Below, piece by piece: positions 35,120-39,978 of a stretch of DNA of 39,978 nucleotides. Both the position numbers and the translations under genes were made by a program. The notes under the pieces are model-generated. The model saw only the letters and a program-made list of their open reading frames with translations, was not told the origin of the DNA and ran no database searches. Positions within the stretch are counted from its first letter, which is position 1, and every line of letters starts with the position of its first letter. Location of the stretch: the NCBI GenBank assembly GCA_051942245.1, contig JAVECL010000173.1, positions 1 to 39,978 of the forward strand, given 5' to 3'. Source of the DNA: Trypethelium eluteriae (lineage: Eukaryota).

Positions 35120-35231
35120 TTGAGGAAAGGGATATATGAGTATGACCACCAAAACACGAGCTCATGAGATATGACAACCGACCTTCAGACGTTTCGACGG
35201 ACGAATTTTAAGCTGGACATATGTGTTATCT

Positions 35232-35793
35232 TCATACCCCTATGTCCTCGTACCTTGATCATAAAAGTCAGCGCACTCATGTGAAGTCTGCAACCTGGTA
35301 TTTCTGTCACTGACCAGTCCTGGGGCCTTTCTTTAATGAATTTACTCATTAGCTGCTCACACTCTTGGCTATCAAGATTCACAACTTCGATGCCCCGCTG
35401 TTTTAGGTAGACTTCACCACCAACAAAAGTTTTATTTTCACCGAGGACTACTCGCTTCACCTTGTACATTACACAGGCGCCCGTGCACATGTCGCATGGC
35501 GAAAGGGTTGTGTACATCGTCGCTCCTTTGTATGCAGATGCAGGTAATCGACCTGCATTTTCCAAAGCAGCAATTTCAGCCTGGATGGACTCTATCAGGC
35601 CTGTTCAGCAAGATTGCATCTCGTGTTCACATACATGAATGGTCGGGCTGCTTTTCTGGAATCTCATGTTGTGGCCACGTCCCAGTATTCTGCCTTCGGC
35701 GGATATCAAACATGCTCCTATTGGAACGCCTCCCTCCGTGGCACCTAGACGTGCTTCTTCTAGAGCAACCTGAAAGCCAGTGTCGGATTCCAT
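35232..35793 (-). CDS. FCY1: Cytosine deaminase
   Basis: EGGVPIGA, GRGHNMRFQK, IH|AE (HxE split by an intron), LENAGRL, TTLSPCDMC and terminal W|YEDIGV*; two introns. Confidence 0.95.
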
Positions 35794-35821
35794 GACTGAG
35801 GTAATCTTGTAGCGAACAGTA

Positions 35822-36076
35822 CAGTGGTCATTTTTGAAGTGGGAGAGTGCTAGACAGGGATGTATAGTGCATGACTTGATTGGCCATCAAGGACAGCTCT
35901 AGTCCTTGACTGTATAGCTGCTACAGGTATCAATTCTTTTGACTGGTCGTAACATTACTCACTAAGTCTGTAAATGGATTAGCGATATAGACTAGTCAGG
36001 GCTAATACGAATACTGATTGGTAGCATTCAGGGGCCCCCCCCGTCTAGCGCTTTCCCACTTCAAAAATGACCACTG
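35822..36076. mobile_element. MITE / non-autonomous Tc1-mariner-type DNA transposon (255 bp)
   Basis: 34-bp terminal inverted repeats at 35822-35855 (CAGTGGTCATTTTTGAAGTGGGAGAGTGCTAGAC) and 36043-36076, with 2 mismatches. Flanked by TA at 35820-35821 and 36077-36078; no internal transposase ORF. Confidence 0.88.
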
Positions 36077-36948
36077 TACGGCACGGAATGCAAGGAATTG
36101 TTGAATGGCCAATAAGAGACTCACGCACAGGTCTAGCTGCAGCGGTGAAAATTCCAATCACAGGGTCTGTTTGAAACACCTGCAGTAATCTCTAGACTGT
36201 AATAGCGCTGATATAGTGCTGATTGGTGGAATGCTAGGTGACAGGATGATTAAGACGGTTTGGCAATCTTAATCTTATGACGTTGCTAGCCGTCAAGGAT
36301 CCCAATAAAGTTTTGAGCACCAAAACCACACAGAGATACTCCGTACCCAGCTGCCAATCATCAACTCACTAAGATGGGTGGTGGCTACGCAAGGCAGCAC
36401 GGGCGAACTTTTTGCCCGGCGGCGAGGAGAATGATGGGTGTGGGCGTAGGTGTAAGGTAGTTAAGGCTGGTCTTCAGAGTTCCATATTCTTCCATGACCT
36501 CCCGAAGCAGCCTAGCGTCCTCTAAAGCCCGACGTCCGAAGGTGGATGGCAGCTCACCAGGCTTTGAATTTTAAATCCTCACTCTCTGCGCCTCACTCTA
36601 CTCTGGCCATATCTATCGCCTATCTTGAGTGCCGTTCAGCGTCGTTGCCGATCCGCACTCTTCTCTCCAACTCCACTCCTCGACTGATACAGGAAGCTGC
36701 AAAAGTCCTCTTGACCGTATCCCGCCTAGCACCTTCCTATCGCTTTCTCCCAGCTGATCGTATTCACTCTGAATCCTCCTCGATCCCTGACGGACGACCG
36801 GTCAGAGCGTACCGCCGGAAGTCGCACATTCACAGTGGTTGTCACTGAGAAAACGGGTCGCACTAGCCCTTGAGCCTTGGCCTAGGGTACTTCTGCCTCG
36901 AGTCCTGCCTGCACAGCTTCATCACAGCCTTATTGAAGTCCCGCAATC

Positions 36949-38403
36949 ATGGTGAAGGAAACTAAATTCTATGACGTGTTGGGGGTAAGTATTGTATTAC
37001 AAGCTATGCAGAATGGTAATCTGACTGTAGTAGGTCACGCCTGATGCCAGCGAGTCCCAGCTGAAATCGGCGTATAAGAAGGGTGCCCTGAAACACCATC
37101 CAGGTGAGCAATCCGAAATAATAAAGTTGATTTGGTCAAGAATTTCTCTAACCGCAGCATAGACAAAAATGCCCACAATCCAGAAGCTGCAGATAAATTC
37201 AAGTCTCTCTCTCACGCATACGAAGTCCTATCAGATCCCCAGAAACGTCAGATCTATGATCAGTATGGCGAAGAAGGGCTCGAGCAAGGAGGTGCTGGCG
37301 GCGGCATGGCTGCAGAGGATCTTTTTGCACAATTCTTCGGTGGTGGCGGAGGCCCTTTTGGAGGCATGTTCGGAGGCATGGGTGGCGGCATGGGTGGTAT
37401 GGGCGGTATGGGCGGCGGCATGAGGGACACCGGTCCAAAGAAAGCCAAACCTATCATGCATACCCACAAAGTCTCCTTGGAAGACATTTACCGGGGAAAA
37501 GTGTCGAAGCTTGCATTGCAAAAGTCGGTCATCTGCCCCAAGTGTGATGGACGAGGTGGTAAGGAGGGCGCCGTTAGAAAATGCTCTGGCTGCGATGGTA
37601 TCGGTATGAAGACGATGATGCGGCAGATGGGACCCATGATCCAGCGATTTCAGACTGTCTGCCAAGATTGCAATGGCGAAGGAGAGATAATCCGCGAGCG
37701 TGACCGATGCAAGCAATGCAACGGCAAGAAGACGATTGTGGAGCGTAAAGTCCTTCACGTCCATGTCGACCGAGGTGTCCGCAGCGGGACCAAAATCCCA
37801 TTCGTTGGTGAGGGTGACCAGTTACCCGGCGTTCAGGCAGGTGATGTCGTTTTCGAAATTGAGCAAAAGCCACACCCCCGATTTGAGCGAAAAGAGGACG
37901 ATCTCTTCTACCATGCGGAGATTGATCTTCTCACTGCTCTTGCAGGCGGGACTATCAATATCGAGCACTTGGACGATCGATGGGTATCCATCGAAATCCA
38001 GCCTGGTGAGGTTATTAGCAATGGTCAGAACTCCTCTTTGCACCAATTCCCACCCAGAGCTAACCATGAAGTAGGCGACGTCAAAGTAATTCGCGGCCAA
38101 GGTATGCCATCGTACCGCCACCATGATTTCGGCAACCTTTATCTGCAATTTTCGGTCAAATTTCCCGATCGGCTTGGCGGTCCAAACGGCGAACCGATGT
38201 CCCAGCAAGACAGGGCTGCGCTCGAGAAAGTTCTGGGACCACGAAAGCAATTCGAGCAGCCACCTCCCGATTCGATGGTTGAGGACTTCCAGCTCGAAGA
38301 AGTTGACCCAATGAGGGACCAACGCGCACACAACGCTACGATGGAAGATGATAGCGACGACATGCATTCCGGACCTGAGAGGGTGCAGTGTGCATCACAG
38401 TAA
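36949..38403 (+). CDS. YDJ1: Type I Hsp40/DnaJ chaperone (Ydj1/Mas5)
   Basis: [16 protein letters not shown] split by an intron, G/F-G/M-rich region, four CxxCxGx(G/K) zinc-finger repeats and C-terminal CaaX CASQ; three introns. Confidence 0.97.
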
Positions 38404-38845
38404 AGGACTGGTTCAGTTATTACACCCGTTCTTCATGCCACCCACGTCTTTTCACGATAATGCTGTATCATTGTTGCTACTGGCGTTCTTGGGTATTCAG
38501 GACGCATCTAGGTAACTGCCTCTGACACGGCTCACCCAGGCTCGATTACGACTCTAGAGCGAGTGGCTTTCTCTCTTATGCTCCATGCCAGGTAGTTCAC
38601 TTCCATACCGCAGGGGGAAATTACATGGCATATAAGAATAGATAGATCTCTTTAACCTGACACTGCAGTCTCTCCATTTTCCGAATGCATGGCATTACTC
38701 ACGGGGGCTTATTATATGTGGCGTCCGCGTATCCTATTCTAATAAGTCTGCAATACAAAACTGTCTAGATCCAACCTCATCTCCTAGATTGCCTTAAAAA
38801 GCGTTCGCATCCGTGCGATTAGGAGCCTCGAAAGCACCGGCGGCA

Positions 38846-39978
38846 CTATAGCCTGTCTAAATCCACCCTCATCCACCACATCTCCCACCCTCTTCGTCCA
38901 CCCAATGCCTTCATTACCCTCACACTCGCCTCGTTGTCCTCCAATACCTCGCTATGCGCCCACCGTTCGCCCTCGCTCATCCCATATGCATCCATCTTCT
39001 CCGTGAACAACTTCGCCGTCACCGCCTTCGCCAGTCCAAGACCCCGAAACGCGGTCTCAACGTGTAGCGAGGAAAGGGAGCCATCAACGCCCAGAAAAGC
39101 CCAAGCGATGGGGTCATCCGGACCGATTGGCTCACCCTCAGCCGATGCGTGCGAGACATGAGCCGAGGGTTTGTGATGCACAAACGTCGGAAGACGCCTT
39201 ATGCAGATGGACGGGAGGAGACGCATCGTCTGTTCGCGTCGAGGGATATGGGTGCGAGCGCGAACAGTGCTAAGATCTCGCTCTTGCATCGCAGACCAGT
39301 AGAGCCCATCGAGCAGACCCTTCGTCCCCAGATACTGTGGCGGCGTGGCAGGAAGGCCGCTCCCCCCCTGCTCCATAACCACCGTCTTCTCCGCACTACT
39401 CTCCTTCTCATCCCGGCTCTCCGCGACCTCGACTCTCCGCGCCACCTCATCTATATCAAAATACCAGCACCGATACTCTGCCGCAAACACCCCATCCACG
39501 CCCCACTCCTCCTGCGGCACGAGCCCAAACTCCTCCCGCACAATCCACGCCACAGACTCATGGATCGCCCCAAGCAAAATAAACCGGCTCTCCCGCCGCT
39601 CCTCCTCACTCAGCCTCTCCACCCCTCGACTCTTCCTCAGCTCCACCAACACCGGGTCCTCCTCCCCGACCTTCTCCGCGCGCTCCCTCGCCGCCAGCCC
39701 CGCCGCGCGACGCTCTTCATACCCATCCGCATCTTGAGCAAGTGGGTACGGCAGCTCCTTGATATACTGCAGCACGGCGCGGAGCTGCAGGACCGCGAGC
39801 TGCTCGTCGGCCGTTCTGATCTCCTGCTCTACTAGCTCGCGTTTCAGATGGTCGGCGCTCGTCTCATCGTGCCAGACGCGGTCGAGCTCGAGGCTGGAGA
39901 ACAGGAAGACTTGGCCTTCGGGGCGGCGCGAGCGGTCGCAGTAGGCGAGGGTGAAGACGCGGGGGAGGAGGGTGGTGG
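38846..39978 (-). CDS. GNAT-family acetyltransferase (FR47-like C-terminal domain), 5' end outside the window
   Basis: Open frame from the window edge (LAYCDRSRRPEGQVFLFSSLE) to ...PIAWAFLGVDGSLSSLHVETAFRGLGLAKAV (acetyl-CoA motif A)...NEASVRVMKALG. Confidence 0.85.
   Translation of the reverse strand, partial: TTLLPRVFTLAYCDRSRRPEGQVFLFSSLELDRVWHDETSADHLKRELVEQEIRTADEQLAVLQLRAVLQYIKELPYPLAQDADGYEERRAAGLAARERAEKVGEEDPVLVELRKSRGVERLSEEERRESRFILLGAIHESVAWIVREEFGLVPQEEWGVDGVFAAEYRCWYFDIDEVARRVEVAESRDEKESSAEKTVVMEQGGSGLPATPPQYLGTKGLLDGLYWSAMQERDLSTVRARTHIPRREQTMRLLPSICIRRLPTFVHHKPSAHVSHASAEGEPIGPDDPIAWAFLGVDGSLSSLHVETAFRGLGLAKAVTAKLFTEKMDAYGMSEGERWAHSEVLEDNEASVRVMKALGGRRGWEMWWMRVDLDRL

Noticed and set aside
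36470..36495. Heat-shock element upstream of YDJ1 (TTC repeats)
   Set aside because: The TTC units are spaced by 4 nt, matching neither perfect nor step-type HSE geometry.
37338..37422. GGCATG/GGTATG tandem-like repeats
   Set aside because: They encode the ordinary G/M-rich linker of type I DnaJ proteins.
39149..39835. 228-aa plus-strand ORF
   Set aside because: Antisense shadow of the GC-rich GNAT gene, low complexity.
1..39978. CRISPR arrays, rRNA/tRNA genes, autonomous transposons or Starship captain genes
   Set aside because: No repeat-spacer array, structural RNA signature, transposase, reverse transcriptase or tyrosine recombinase was recognised by eye; tRNAscan/Infernal were not run.

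Overview
Intron-containing genomic DNA from a filamentous ascomycete (Pezizomycotina), with GT-AG introns of about 50 nt and CTAAC/CTAAT branch points. About 19 protein-coding loci are present; no rRNA, tRNA or CRISPR array was recognised. The left edge holds a truncated GH17 cell-wall glucanase. From 1.8 to 23 kb lies an accessory amino-acid-metabolism block: TauD dioxygenase, stand-alone B3/B4 tRNA-editing-domain protein, PaiB-family protein, AAAP permease, then P5C dehydrogenase, sarcosine/pipecolate-oxidase-type flavoenzyme, carrier-like membrane protein, Zn2Cys6 regulator, proline-dehydrogenase paralogue, DHDPS/HOGA-type aldolase and a divergent P5C reductase. The best reading is a self-regulated, compartmentalised catabolic cluster for 4-hydroxyproline or an N-substituted derivative. 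Support: the PRODH has Cys at the Tyr gatekeeper position, and the oxidase and aldolase both end in PTS1-like -ARL. The right half is mostly housekeeping genes (CAP2, MSH1, HEM12, FCY1, YDJ1, a truncated GNAT). It also contains a ~950-codon unknown gene broken by a stop and a frameshift, and a 255-bp TA-flanked MITE with 34-bp TIRs inserted 28 bp upstream of the cytosine deaminase start codon. Gene models and family calls were made by eye, without database searches.
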